Shown in pieces: positions 26,290-36,064 of a DNA stretch of 64,000 nucleotides. A program made the translations under genes and the position numbers. The stretch covers positions 744,001 through 808,000 of the forward strand of contig JASVEC010000016.1 of assembly GCA_030770535.1 (NCBI GenBank), read 5' to 3'. Under the pieces are notes generated by a model, which had not been told where the DNA came from, did not search any database, and saw only the letters and a program-made list of their open reading frames with translations. Each line of letters starts with the position of its first letter. Within the stretch, counting starts at the first letter, position 1. Origin of the DNA: Batkoa obscura (taxonomy: Eukaryota).

Positions 26290-26679
26290 TTCGATTCTAT
26301 ATTCTTTCTATTGTTCAAGTAATTTAATAAACAAGTTTTTCAAAAAAAATTAATTTTAATCTTTTTGCAAAAATGGATCAATCAAATAATTTAATTACTT
26401 TAGCTTAACTGCTTATTTTATAAAATTACATTTAGGTTTGTAAAAACTTAAATAAAAGCATTATAATTTACAACTTTAAAAATAATATTAGAATGTTTTA
26501 TTTTTCCGCTTATTTTAACAACTTGGGCAATATTAAATAAAAATACTATTTTATATAGAGATAATTTTTAAATTATTTTTAAATTAAACTGAAACCAACC
26601 TTATTTAAACTTTAAAGTTTTTGAATTAAAAAATATCGATACTTTATAAAAATAATTCAATTAAAATAGAATATTTTTA

Positions 26680-27357
26680 ATTAAATACAAAAATACATCC
26701 CCATATTGTAAATTAGCAGAATTTTTAAATTTAATAGAAATTCCCAGATTGAAAAGCCTTTTACTAATATAATCTATATATTGATAATTAATCAAAGTTA
26801 CAATATAGAAATAAATATATATTTCTATAAAACTTCATTGAGAGATATTTACTATTAACTGATTTATAGCCAACATTGCAGATTTTCTATCAAATAAATA
26901 AATTATAGACTAATAAATAACTAGATAAAAAAGGAGTAGTTAGCCTCAAAACTATAATTAACTGTTTTTATATAATGTAAGTGATATAATAGTTTTCGTT
27001 ATTATAGTTACTTACCTTTTAACTATTTATTGACTTAGTTACTAATAACTCGAATAATATTAACATTTAATAACTAGTTTTTATTATCTAATAAACTATT
27101 TACTTATTTAGTAAATATTAAAATTTTTGGATTTTTGTTATCTTTATAAGATAAGCTAAGATTGATCTTAATTTTTTTATTTTCTATAGACTTTATAACT
27201 TTAATTAGAATAATGTCACTTTTTCTAATCTATCAGATACTAGATAATAATATAATTTATTATTATATTTAATAAAATTTAAATATTTTTCAATATTCAA
27301 CATTTCTGTTATTGCTTTTATACTTTTATACTTTTATACTTTTTAAAAATTACATCT
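26680..27357. repeat. Old dispersed repeat (family B) starting with a truncated MITE end; inverted homolog at ~56215-57312
   Basis: Shared blocks such as ccccatattgtaaattagcaga, agaaattcccagatt, gccaacattgca and ttttctatagactttataactttaatta. Confidence 0.75.
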
Positions 27358-27689
27358 TTTTTTTACTACATTTACAAAAATCTCAAATTTCAAAACTAAT
27401 TAATATTTTCTATTTTACTTAGCACTTTAAAGCTATTTCTCCATTGTAAAAAATTTCTAAAATGTTTATCAGCTGTATATTTTTTACAATACTTGGCAAA
27501 AAAATCAAGCTCATTCCATCTGCCTATATACTAATTTTTATAAATTTTTATAAATTTTTTAAATAAAAGCTTTTTAAACATTAAATTAATTAAATAGTCT
27601 CCTATATTTATTCAATTATAACTTAATGTTTCAAATAAACAGTCCAAATAAACTTCATTTATTATTTTATTATTTTATTATTTTACTAT

Positions 27690-28089
27690 TGTGAAATCTG
27701 GTACTCAGGGTTTGGAGTCAAGAACAGCTATTGCTGGGTTGACTACACTATAAGTCGAAAGGTCTTAGTTTATGTAACTAAGATAGACTTGGATTATGAG
27801 GAATAGCACGTAATAGGTTACAAGCTATATAAGACAAATAGAATAGACAATACTAATGTAAAATCTATGTAAAATAATATTAAGAAAACTTAGTGGCTTT
27901 ATTAAATGTTCGAGATATCAGGGATTAATTCAGTTAAAAAGCCTCGAACTATTATACTCTGTAAACTCTTTTATACTCTGAAAAGTATAAGTATCAAAAT
28001 GAGAAGATAATATTCTTTTGGGCGGAACTAGAAATTCTCATAACAAATCAAAATAATTAACCATGGGACTGACGAAGCGATATTTCACA
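27690..28089 (-). repeat. 3' LTR (400 bp)
   Basis: Identical by eye to 34843-35242. TGTGAAAT..ATTTCACA terminal inverted repeat. Confidence 0.96.
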
Positions 28090-28100
28090 TTTCCCTCCCT
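28090..28100 (-). other. Polypurine tract AGGGAGGGAAA
   Basis: Directly abuts the 3' LTR. Confidence 0.88.
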
Positions 28101-28186
28101 ATGATTTGATATAGTGAATTTTTATGGCTTACTTACCGAGAACCTATGAGATGGAATTTGACTAGTTACAAATTGTATTCATTGAA

Positions 28187-31100
28187 TCACATTGCTGATT
28201 TGAGAAACTTGGCATGGACTCGGTTATATATAACGCTTGTTCGTTTATGTTTAATTGAATAGCTATCATACAAGTGTTTATGTATGACTTCATATGGTCC
28301 ATCCCATTTCAATGCTAATTTATTTTTTCTAGATTGATTATAGGAAGGGTACAGATGAACGATATCACCTACTTTGAAGACGGCTAGACGAGGAAGTCGA
28401 GAAATATCTTGTCGATACCTCCTTGTTTTCGAGTCTGTCAATGCATTAAAGGCGTCAACTTGGATAGCTATTAATTTTTTTGTTAGCTTAAGCAAGTACA
28501 TGTCAGGACTCATCTCTTCTTGTCTAACCATCAAAGGAGCGAATGATATGGGGAGTCCCGGATGTCTCCCATAAAGCATAACAAAAGGGGATTTTTTGGT
28601 AATACTATGTACTGAATATCTATATGCTAAAATAGCAGAATGTAGATATTCATCCCAAGAGCTAGTTTTATCGAAAGCCAGCTTCCTTAGTATACGTACT
28701 AGTGTACCATTTACTCTCTCAACCATTCCGTTAGTTTCAGGGTGATATGGAGCTGCAGTAGAATGCTTTATGGCCATTAGTCTAGCTAATTTCGGGAGAA
28801 CCAGGTTAACAAAATTGGCAGCGTTATCAGTAAGTATCACCTGAGGGCTTCCATGCCTACAAATAATATCTTCGTATATAAATTTAGATATGTGAAAGGA
28901 AGTCTGATTTGGTATTGCTTTAGCTTCAACCCATTTAGTTAGATGGTCGATAGCTACAACAATAAATTTGTTCCCTCTTACCGAGGAGGCCTCACAGAGA
29001 GGACCTATTACATCTATACTTACCGTGTGAAATGCATGTTTAGGTAAAATAAACTTATAGGCTGTAGCTTTTATTTTACTTTGTTCCCTCTTGCAAACAT
29101 CGCAATTATTTATAAAGTCTTCCAAATCTGGTATCATTGATTCCCAATAGCAGGAGACTTTCATAGTATCGTATGTTTTTTGGAAGGCTGAATGTCCACA
29201 GATTACATCATGGAATTGTTGGCATGCAGATAGTCGTGAAGAAGGCCTAATATATGGAATATATGTTCCCTTAATCTTTTTATACAAGGCATTATCTCTT
29301 ACAATGATATTTTGAGCGTTTTTCTCAAGCCATTGTTTGAGTTCAGGCTGCTGCTGCGGCCATTTATCTTTATTACCCAATAGATTGTACAAATCATCAT
29401 CTATGGGGGTAGCTAGACAAATTCTGGGCAACCTGCTAAGCCCATCTGCATTTTGATGATCTTTACCTGGTTTATATACTATATCAAAACTATACGATTG
29501 TAGTTTTAGAGCCCACCTAGCTAAACGTCCTTCAGGATTAGTGATTGAATACAACCATTTTAGGGAAACATGATCGGTAATAACAGTAAAGTGAGTGCCG
29601 TAGATATACGGTCTAAATGCCTTTATAGCATGAATAATTGCAAGGCATTCTTTCTCTGTTGTAGTGTAGTTCCTTTCGTGTTTCGACAAGGTCCTAGAGG
29701 TATAGGCTATTGGGTGTTCACAATTGTTATCATCGAGTTGACTTAAAACACCTCCAACTGCAGTTAGACTAGCGTCAGTATGTAGTGAGAAGGGCTTTGA
29801 GAAATTTGGAAACATCAATACTGGGGCGTTAAGCAGCTTGTTGCGAAGCTCTTCAAAAGCTTGTTGGTGTTCTTCCTTCCATTGAAACTTGACTTCTTTC
29901 TTTAGTAATTGGAACAGTGGGGTAGCTAAATTCGAAAAGTCTTTTATAAACCTTCGATAATAATTCATTAATCCAAGGAACACTTGTACCTCCCGCATTG
30001 TAGTTGGGGGGAGAAGCTCCTTTACTGCATCTAGTTTATTTGGAATAGGGGCTAGTCCTTTGTCAGAGACTTTATAGCCTAGAAATTCCAGACTAGTTTG
30101 GAAGAATGAACACTTCTTTGGTTTTAACTTTAGATTGGCTTGACGGAGGCGCTCAAATACTGCTTTAAGATGAGTTAAGTGATCTACAAAAGTTCTTGAA
30201 AACACATTCAAGTCATCTAAGTAAATTAATACACACGAAAGTTTAAGGTCACCTAGTGTATTATCCATAAGACGCTGGAATGTAGCGGGAGCGTTCGAAA
30301 GGCCTTGTGGCATCCTAGTTGGTTGAAATAGTCCTTCAGAAGTTATTAAAGCGCACTTTTCTTGGTCTTCTGGATCCATTTCTACCTGCCAGTATCCTGA
30401 GATTAAATCCATTGCTGAAAAGTATTTAGCACCTTGTAATCGGTCAACCGCATCGTCTATTCTGGGTAGAGGGTATACATCTTTCTTTGTGATTTTGTTA
30501 AGCTTTCTATAGTCCATAACTACTCTATTAGTTCCATCTTTTTTCTTAACGATCATAAGGGGGGAGGCCCATGGACTATTTGAAGGAATGATTAAACCTA
30601 GCCTTAAGAGTTTTTGAACTTCTTCTCGTTCTGCTTTGAGTTCAGATTGAGATTTACGATATGCTTTAGTTGCGACGGGTAATGAATCACATGTATATAC
30701 TTTATGTTTAGTATTGCGAGCGCAACCAATATCTTCTTCTGAAGTTGCGAATATGTCTTTATATTCCTCCAGCAATTTATAAAATTGGAGTTGCTCATCT
30801 TGGTTTAGATGGTTAATAGTGTCTTTTTCCACAAAAAGGGCTTGGTTATTTGGGGCCTCTTCGTGAATTTGAAATTCTTCTAGTGTTGCAAATTTACTGA
30901 AAGTATTAATCAAGGCGTTGTTTTCTACGTATATCGTGCCAATCTGTTGGCATCTAGAGATATTGATTTCTTTTTTGGTAATGTTTGCAAGTAATAACTT
31001 GATAGTCTCATTCATGTTGTTGCCTAAAATTCCGGGCATAGTTAGTGGTTCTAATTGTGAGACACCTTCTATACTATATATAGATAAATGGAATTCCTTA

Positions 31101-32209
31101 GGTATCCATAGTGAGATCTCAGTATCTAATACTATCTGTGACTTAGGCGGTATTAATAAGTTCTTAGGAGAAATAACGGGAATTCCAGACTGTTTATATG
31201 CTATCTCCGGATATTGATGAATTACGGATTCTGATCCGCAGAGAGTGACATCAATTAATTTATTGTTGGTCCGATAGTTCATTATACGGCAGCCAGGAGA
31301 TTTATTGTTTATCATATTGATAGATAGGTCTCTTGGTTTATTGTAGTACATTGGGATGGATTGATCTAATATTTTTAAGATATTTTGATCGTACAACAAT
31401 TGACAACCGTGTTTCACAAAGAATTCGGTGCCTAGGAGGAAGTCATAACCTTCACTTTCTAATACTATTGCTGGAAAGGCTAAGGTTAGTTTTCCAAATT
31501 TGATTGGTATTGATGAGTATGCTCCTAGTGCTGTAGTAGTTCCAGTTCCAGCTGTACCAAAGGTGTCTGAGCAATCTATATCTGGTTTAAAGGATAATCG
31601 TTTTACCAGACGACTCGATATGAAATTGATAGGAGCTCCACTATCTAATATGATGCGTACATTCTTTTTATAAATTGACGCATTGATGTAAGTACAATCG
31701 ATGGAGTTAGCTTTGTCATCGAGGTTTACTAAAAGAATCTGTTTATTTGGATTCTGGTATTCTCTAATAATTTTTCTAAATGCAATTGCTAAGTCTGATT
31801 CTCCAGTTAAGATCTTGTCTAGCGGGATTGGGATCGTAACATTGGTTAACCACTGATGCGTGTTATCTAGTTCGCTTTGTGTGAGGGATAGTTTAGATAA
31901 ATCAGATAATTGTGAGATGTAAGGTTTGGAGATCTCGTTCATTGGAATCGAATCAGGAGCATTAATAGAGTTATCAGGTAGCTTGAAAATTCGAGGTGGA
32001 ATGACTTTAGGGATTTCCACAACAGGGACTTTTTTCTTTTTAGGTCTACCACGAATTCGCGAAGGAAGTGCTAGGATGAGGGTAGAGGGGTCAAATTTTG
32101 AAAGCGTATTAACTTTAAGGTCTAATCCAGTGCTTTCATCTGGATCAGGAGGAATTTTTAACTTCGTGGAAGGGGGATCCTCATTTATCCTCCCACTTAG
32201 AAGTTTTTT
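28187..32209 (-). CDS. pol: Pol polyprotein (protease, dUTPase-like, RT, RNase H, integrase), expressed by -1 frameshift
   Basis: ILDSGA; YLDD with PSNSPWASP/DYRKLN/YPLPRID; TDAS..EKECLA..TDH; HHCC, DDE and GPY motifs. The frame is open back to the slippery site. Confidence 0.95.
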   Translation of the reverse strand, partial: KKLLSGRINEDPPSTKLKIPPDPDESTGLDLKVNTLSKFDPSTLILALPSRIRGRPKKKKVPVVEIPKVIPPRIFKLPDNSINAPDSIPMNEISKPYISQLSDLSKLSLTQSELDNTHQWLTNVTIPIPLDKILTGESDLAIAFRKIIREYQNPNKQILLVNLDDKANSIDCTYINASIYKKNVRIILDSGAPINFISSRLVKRLSFKPDIDCSDTFGTAGTGTTTALGAYSSIPIKFGKLTLAFPAIVLESEGYDFLLGTEFFVKHGCQLLYDQNILKILDQSIPMYYNKPRDLSINMINNKSPGCRIMNYRTNNKLIDVTLCGSESVIHQYPEIAYKQSGIPVISPKNLLIPPKSQIVLDTEISLWIPKEFHLSIYSIEGVSQLEPLTMPGILGNNMNETIKLLLANITKKEINISRCQQIGTIYVENNALINTFSKFATLEEFQIHEEAPNNQALFVEKDTINHLNQDEQLQFYKLLEEYKDIFATSEEDIGCARNTKHKVYTCDSLPVATKAYRKSQSELKAEREEVQKLLRLGLIIPSNSPWASPLMIVKKKDGTNRVVMDYRKLNKITKKDVYPLPRIDDAVDRLQGAKYFSAMDLISGYWQVEMDPEDQEKCALITSEGLFQPTRMPQGLSNAPATFQRLMDNTLGDLKLSCVLIYLDDLNVFSRTFVDHLTHLKAVFERLRQANLKLKPKKCSFFQTSLEFLGYKVSDKGLAPIPNKLDAVKELLPPTTMREVQVFLGLMNYYRRFIKDFSNLATPLFQLLKKEVKFQWKEEHQQAFEELRNKLLNAPVLMFPNFSKPFSLHTDASLTAVGGVLSQLDDNNCEHPIAYTSRTLSKHERNYTTTEKECLAIIHAIKAFRPYIYGTHFTVITDHVSLKWLYSITNPEGRLARWALKLQSYSFDIVYKPGKDHQNADGLSRLPRICLATPIDDDLYNLLGNKDKWPQQQPELKQWLEKNAQNIIVRDNALYKKIKGTYIPYIRPSSRLSACQQFHDVICGHSAFQKTYDTMKVSCYWESMIPDLEDFINNCDVCKREQSKIKATAYKFILPKHAFHTVSIDVIGPLCEASSVRGNKFIVVAIDHLTKWVEAKAIPNQTSFHISKFIYEDIICRHGSPQVILTDNAANFVNLVLPKLARLMAIKHSTAAPYHPETNGMVERVNGTLVRILRKLAFDKTSSWDEYLHSAILAYRYSVHSITKKSPFVMLYGRHPGLPISFAPLMVRQEEMSPDMYLLKLTKKLIAIQVDAFNALTDSKTRRYRQDISRLPRLAVFKVGDIVHLYPSYNQSRKNKLALKWDGPYEVIHKHLYDSYSIKHKRTSVIYNRVHAKFLKSAM
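32166..32209 (-). promoter_or_regulatory. -1 ribosomal frameshift signal
   Basis: A_AAA_AAC (32209-32203), 6-nt spacer, stem GTGGGAGG/CCTTCCAC. Pol is in the -1 frame relative to gag. Confidence 0.85.
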
Positions 32210-34713
32210 GACTCGTTATCGGAGTCGACAAACTTCTCAGTATCATCGCCTTCAGTATCGTTATAATTGAGGTGATTTATTTGTTTATTTTTATTGAAAC
32301 GTTCATTGTTGCGAACATTCTTTTCGAAATAATATTTAAAAATACCATTTTCTGGCTTTGGTTCAGTGCAGTTAACGGTAATGTGTCCATATTCACCACA
32401 GTTCCAGCATCCAGTAAATACTCGAGATTTACGATGGTTGGAGTAGTGTTGTTGAGTGATGGTAAAACAATGAAGGTATTCGTTGTTGTCCATCCCTTTA
32501 TCTATGTGATTAACATATAATTTCTTGGGTCTAACTTCACTTTTTGGACTTCCAAGGTATAATTCTAAAATCTCTATCATCTGTGTAACGTTGGTGATGT
32601 TATGATGAGGATCTAGAAAAAGGCATGCGATATGACTTGGAAGGTTTCGCTGGAAGGCCAGGCGGAGGTCTGTAACGCTTAACTTTCCACAGGAAATTAA
32701 GGCATTAGCACGATTTCTTACGTTTGTAATGAAACTCTCAAGTTTACTTTCGTCGTCTAAACGTAAAGATAAGAGGGCTGCCTTTTTTGCTTCCATTTTT
32801 ACATCGGAATCATAATGGTCTATAAACGCCTTTTTGAAGGAATCCCAATTACTGCGTAAGTCGTCAGGTAAAGTCATGCACCAAGAAAGTTCATTTGTTT
32901 GTAGTTGACCTAAAAGGCATTGAGGACGACATTCATAGGTCCAGTTGTTGGCATCGAGATGAACTTCTAGAGCTTTAATGAAGGTAGTAGCAGTAATTTC
33001 ACTTGGATTGAATAAAAGACTAAAATTAAACTTTGTGTTAACAGGTTGGGAGCTTCTTGGGTAGTTGTGGCGGTGTGTTGAGAAGCTATGTGATTTTGGA
33101 TCGTTACCAGAAGGTCCAGGATGACTAAAATAAGCGTCATGGGTATTGTGTGATATACCATGATCATGTTGAACAGTAATCGGATCGGCTTGTACATAGT
33201 GAGGTGAAGATTTCTCATAGGATATATGTTGAGCGATTTGAGGAGCAATATGTGATGACTTATTTTTGTTAAAAGGATTGGCTAGGTTGACTTCAGCATA
33301 AGATTGTACACGAGGTCGTATTGGATCAGCGTTAGATCCTGTAGCAGGATTTCTTGAGTAAATACCATCAGTAGGTACAGCAGTCATTCTAGGATTTGAT
33401 TGGGGTAGGTATGTGGAAACTTGAGGAGAGTTCTCTTCTTTCTTTGTTTGATCATCCGGTTGTACCAAGTGAACAGAACCATGATACTTATGGTTTATTT
33501 GATATTCAGTACCAAAGATAGATTCTGTGGCACTATCACCCAGATCATATATATTGTATCTTGGAACGTCTCTGTAACTCGAGAGTCTGGAGGGAGGTGC
33601 TGAAACAGCAATACGCTCCTTTCTACAATTGCAAGAAGATGCCTTGATTTGGTTAGTATTGGAAGCTACCCTAGTCTGAAGAAGAATGAGCTCTTCTCTG
33701 GTACTCTGTATGTTACGCGAGATTTCCTCCCAGTCAACTACTGTTTGTTCTTTGTCCAGTCTAATTTGTTCCTTCAAATTATTATTGGAGGTGATAAGCT
33801 GGCTAATGGTAGTCACTTGTTGAGCCATTTGTTCATTACAAACAGCTAAATCTTGTTCTAAAGCCAAGATTCTAGCATCTTTGGTTGAAGTAGATGGAGG
33901 GGATTGTTCAATACAGGATAAGCGGTGATTATACTCTTTGAATTTATTCATTAGCGATCTATGGAGTTCTGCGAAAGTGGCTTTTGTTTTTCCGTCAATA
34001 TCTGAGATTCTTTCAGTAGTATGGTCATTGATCTCAGTGAGGGAAAGGTTGATCTCATCGGAGATTTTAACAAGTTCAGAATGTAGAGCAGTATCGAGCT
34101 GACGTAATTCAGCTTTGAGATCTCCTACTTCTCTTACTAATTCTCTGTGGGCTTCATAGGTAACGGTGTTATTAAGTCTTTGATTGAGCTCATTTAACTT
34201 ACTAACATGGAGTTCATTTGAAGGGGCGATGACACCACTCTTTTGGTTACTGATCATGGAAAGGTTGTTAACCGTAGTTAAAAGTGAGCTCAAAGAGGTA
34301 GACAATTCATTGTTATGAATTGAAAGACGGTCGAGTTCACCAACCATCTGGATGAGTTTGTTGTGCAGGAACTCTACTAGATATTGTTGAACGTGGGAAA
34401 GGGTAGGTACCGTTTGGTACTGGGCACGAAAATTGATTTGAGTACTGGAGCCACTATTTTGGTATTGTCTCCAAGCGGAGAGGTCACCATCAAGGACGTG
34501 CATAGGGACAGCTCCGTAGGTAACGACTGAGTTTACAACGTGAGGAGGTAGTGCAGCTTGATTTAAAGCAGCAGTTTCTATTTCTGGGGTCAGAACACTA
34601 GCTTCCTCTTCATCACTACTACCCATGTCGTATTCAGTGATGATCAACTGTTGACGGTTATCAAGAAGGTATTTTGAGTCCGCAAAATAAGGTGCAAGAC
34701 CATTGTCGACCAT
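32197..34713 (-). CDS. gag: Gag polyprotein (838 aa) with long coiled-coil N-terminal extension and CCHC zinc knuckle
   Basis: WDSFKKAFIDHY capsid-type motif; CWNCGEYGHITVNC; position downstream of the PBS. Confidence 0.9.
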   Translation of the reverse strand: MVDNGLAPYFADSKYLLDNRQQLIITEYDMGSSDEEEASVLTPEIETAALNQAALPPHVVNSVVTYGAVPMHVLDGDLSAWRQYQNSGSSTQINFRAQYQTVPTLSHVQQYLVEFLHNKLIQMVGELDRLSIHNNELSTSLSSLLTTVNNLSMISNQKSGVIAPSNELHVSKLNELNQRLNNTVTYEAHRELVREVGDLKAELRQLDTALHSELVKISDEINLSLTEINDHTTERISDIDGKTKATFAELHRSLMNKFKEYNHRLSCIEQSPPSTSTKDARILALEQDLAVCNEQMAQQVTTISQLITSNNNLKEQIRLDKEQTVVDWEEISRNIQSTREELILLQTRVASNTNQIKASSCNCRKERIAVSAPPSRLSSYRDVPRYNIYDLGDSATESIFGTEYQINHKYHGSVHLVQPDDQTKKEENSPQVSTYLPQSNPRMTAVPTDGIYSRNPATGSNADPIRPRVQSYAEVNLANPFNKNKSSHIAPQIAQHISYEKSSPHYVQADPITVQHDHGISHNTHDAYFSHPGPSGNDPKSHSFSTHRHNYPRSSQPVNTKFNFSLLFNPSEITATTFIKALEVHLDANNWTYECRPQCLLGQLQTNELSWCMTLPDDLRSNWDSFKKAFIDHYDSDVKMEAKKAALLSLRLDDESKLESFITNVRNRANALISCGKLSVTDLRLAFQRNLPSHIACLFLDPHHNITNVTQMIEILELYLGSPKSEVRPKKLYVNHIDKGMDNNEYLHCFTITQQHYSNHRKSRVFTGCWNCGEYGHITVNCTEPKPENGIFKYYFEKNVRNNERFNKNKQINHLNYNDTEGDDTEKFVDSDNESKNF

Positions 34714-34823
34714 AGTTGAGAATTAAGGAGGTTAAGGGGGTTTTTCTTTGTTTGGGGTGGTTACGCGGTAAGGACCGTAAAGGAAAGATTATAAAGGCTA
34801 TCTAAAATAGTTATAAGAGCTTT

Positions 34824-34840
34824 CCCAGTTATGAGCGCCA
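34824..34840 (-). other. Primer-binding site TGGCGCTCATAACTGGG
   Basis: Begins TGG 2 nt inside the 5' LTR boundary. Complementary to a tRNA 3' end with G73 discriminator. Confidence 0.82.
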
Positions 34841-34842
34841 AA

Positions 34843-35242
34843 TGTGAAATCTGGTACTCAGGGTTTGGAGTCAAGAACAGCTATTGCTGGGTTGACTACA
34901 CTATAAGTCGAAAGGTCTTAGTTTATGTAACTAAGATAGACTTGGATTATGAGGAATAGCACGTAATAGGTTACAAGCTATATAAGACAAATAGAATAGA
35001 CAATACTAATGTAAAATCTATGTAAAATAATATTAAGAAAACTTAGTGGCTTTATTAAATGTTCGAGATATCAGGGATTAATTCAGTTAAAAAGCCTCGA
35101 ACTATTATACTCTGTAAACTCTTTTATACTCTGAAAAGTATAAGTATCAAAATGAGAAGATAATATTCTTTTGGGCGGAACTAGAAATTCTCATAACAAA
35201 TCAAAATAATTAACCATGGGACTGACGAAGCGATATTTCACA
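34843..35242 (-). repeat. 5' LTR (400 bp)
   Basis: Identical by eye to 27690-28089. Confidence 0.96.
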
Positions 35243-35367
35243 CTATTTTTAAATATAAAATACTGAATTTTAATACTAATATAGCTTATTTATTATAGTG
35301 ATCTAAATTTATTAAATTTAATCTTATTTTTATTTCTATATTCTGTTTAAAATTTAGGATTATTATT

Positions 35368-35468
35368 TGGGGATGTATTTTTGTGTTTAAGAATTTTACT
35401 AACAAATTTTCCGCTTAAATAACACTTAAAAAATGGAAAAAATAATGAAGTCAAAAAAAACACTCCCA
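35368..35468 (+). mobile_element. MITE-like family A copy
   Basis: Near-consensus. Confidence 0.8.
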
Positions 35469-35531
35469 TTTAATTTTTTAACACTTTTACTATATATTTT
35501 TTTAAATGCTAATATAAAGTTTATATAATTT

Positions 35532-35982
35532 TGTGAAATATCGTTTTGTCAATTCCATGGTTAATTATAGCATAGTAATCACCTAGGCTGTTGTGTTCTC
35601 GAGTTTAGAGACAATCAATCCCACGCTCTTAGTTTGATTTGCTATGATAATTTCTAGCTTTATCTCAAAGAATATTATCTCCTCATTTTAATATCCATAC
35701 TTGTTGAAGTACAAAAGAGATTTTAGAGCATAACAATTCGAGGCTTTCTAGCTGAATTATTACCTGGTATCTTATCTTTAATAAAGCCCCTAAATCTTTT
35801 TGATAATATTTTACAGTAATATTGTCTATTCTATTTGCTTTATGTAGTCTGTAGCCTATTACGTGCTATTCTTCATAATCCAAGTCTATCTTGGTCACAT
35901 AAACTAAAATCTTTTGGCTTATAGCGTAGTCAACCAGATAATAGCTGTTTTTAACTCCAATCACTGAGTATCAGATTTTACA
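35532..35982 (+). mobile_element. Solo LTR of the same family, opposite orientation, long variant
   Basis: Diverged reverse complement of the LTR plus an extra ~60-bp block. Flanks (attt/ccta) do not match. Confidence 0.88.
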
Positions 35983-36064
35983 CCTATTATTAACTATTTT
36001 TAAATAATCATATTGATTTTTGTTTATATTAAACCCAAAACTTTTGTATTCATCAAGAGGATAT

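Larger units (their letters stand above)
27690..35242 (-). mobile_element. Intact Ty3/Gypsy LTR retrotransposon (7553 bp)
   Basis: TG..CA LTRs, CTAT target duplication (27686-27689, 35243-35246), PBS, PPT, gag and pol in PR-RT-RH-IN order. Confidence 0.97.

Noticed and set aside
28374..33849. Antisense ORFs within gag/pol
   Set aside because: Short, mostly non-ATG starts, expected opposite a higher-GC coding strand.
34828..34836. GCTCATAAC in the PBS equals the tRNA-iMet anticodon loop, suggesting half-tRNA priming as in Ty5/copia
   Set aside because: It is in the same sense as the tRNA on the element's transcript, not complementary. The PBS starts with TGG and fits a normal tRNA 3' end.
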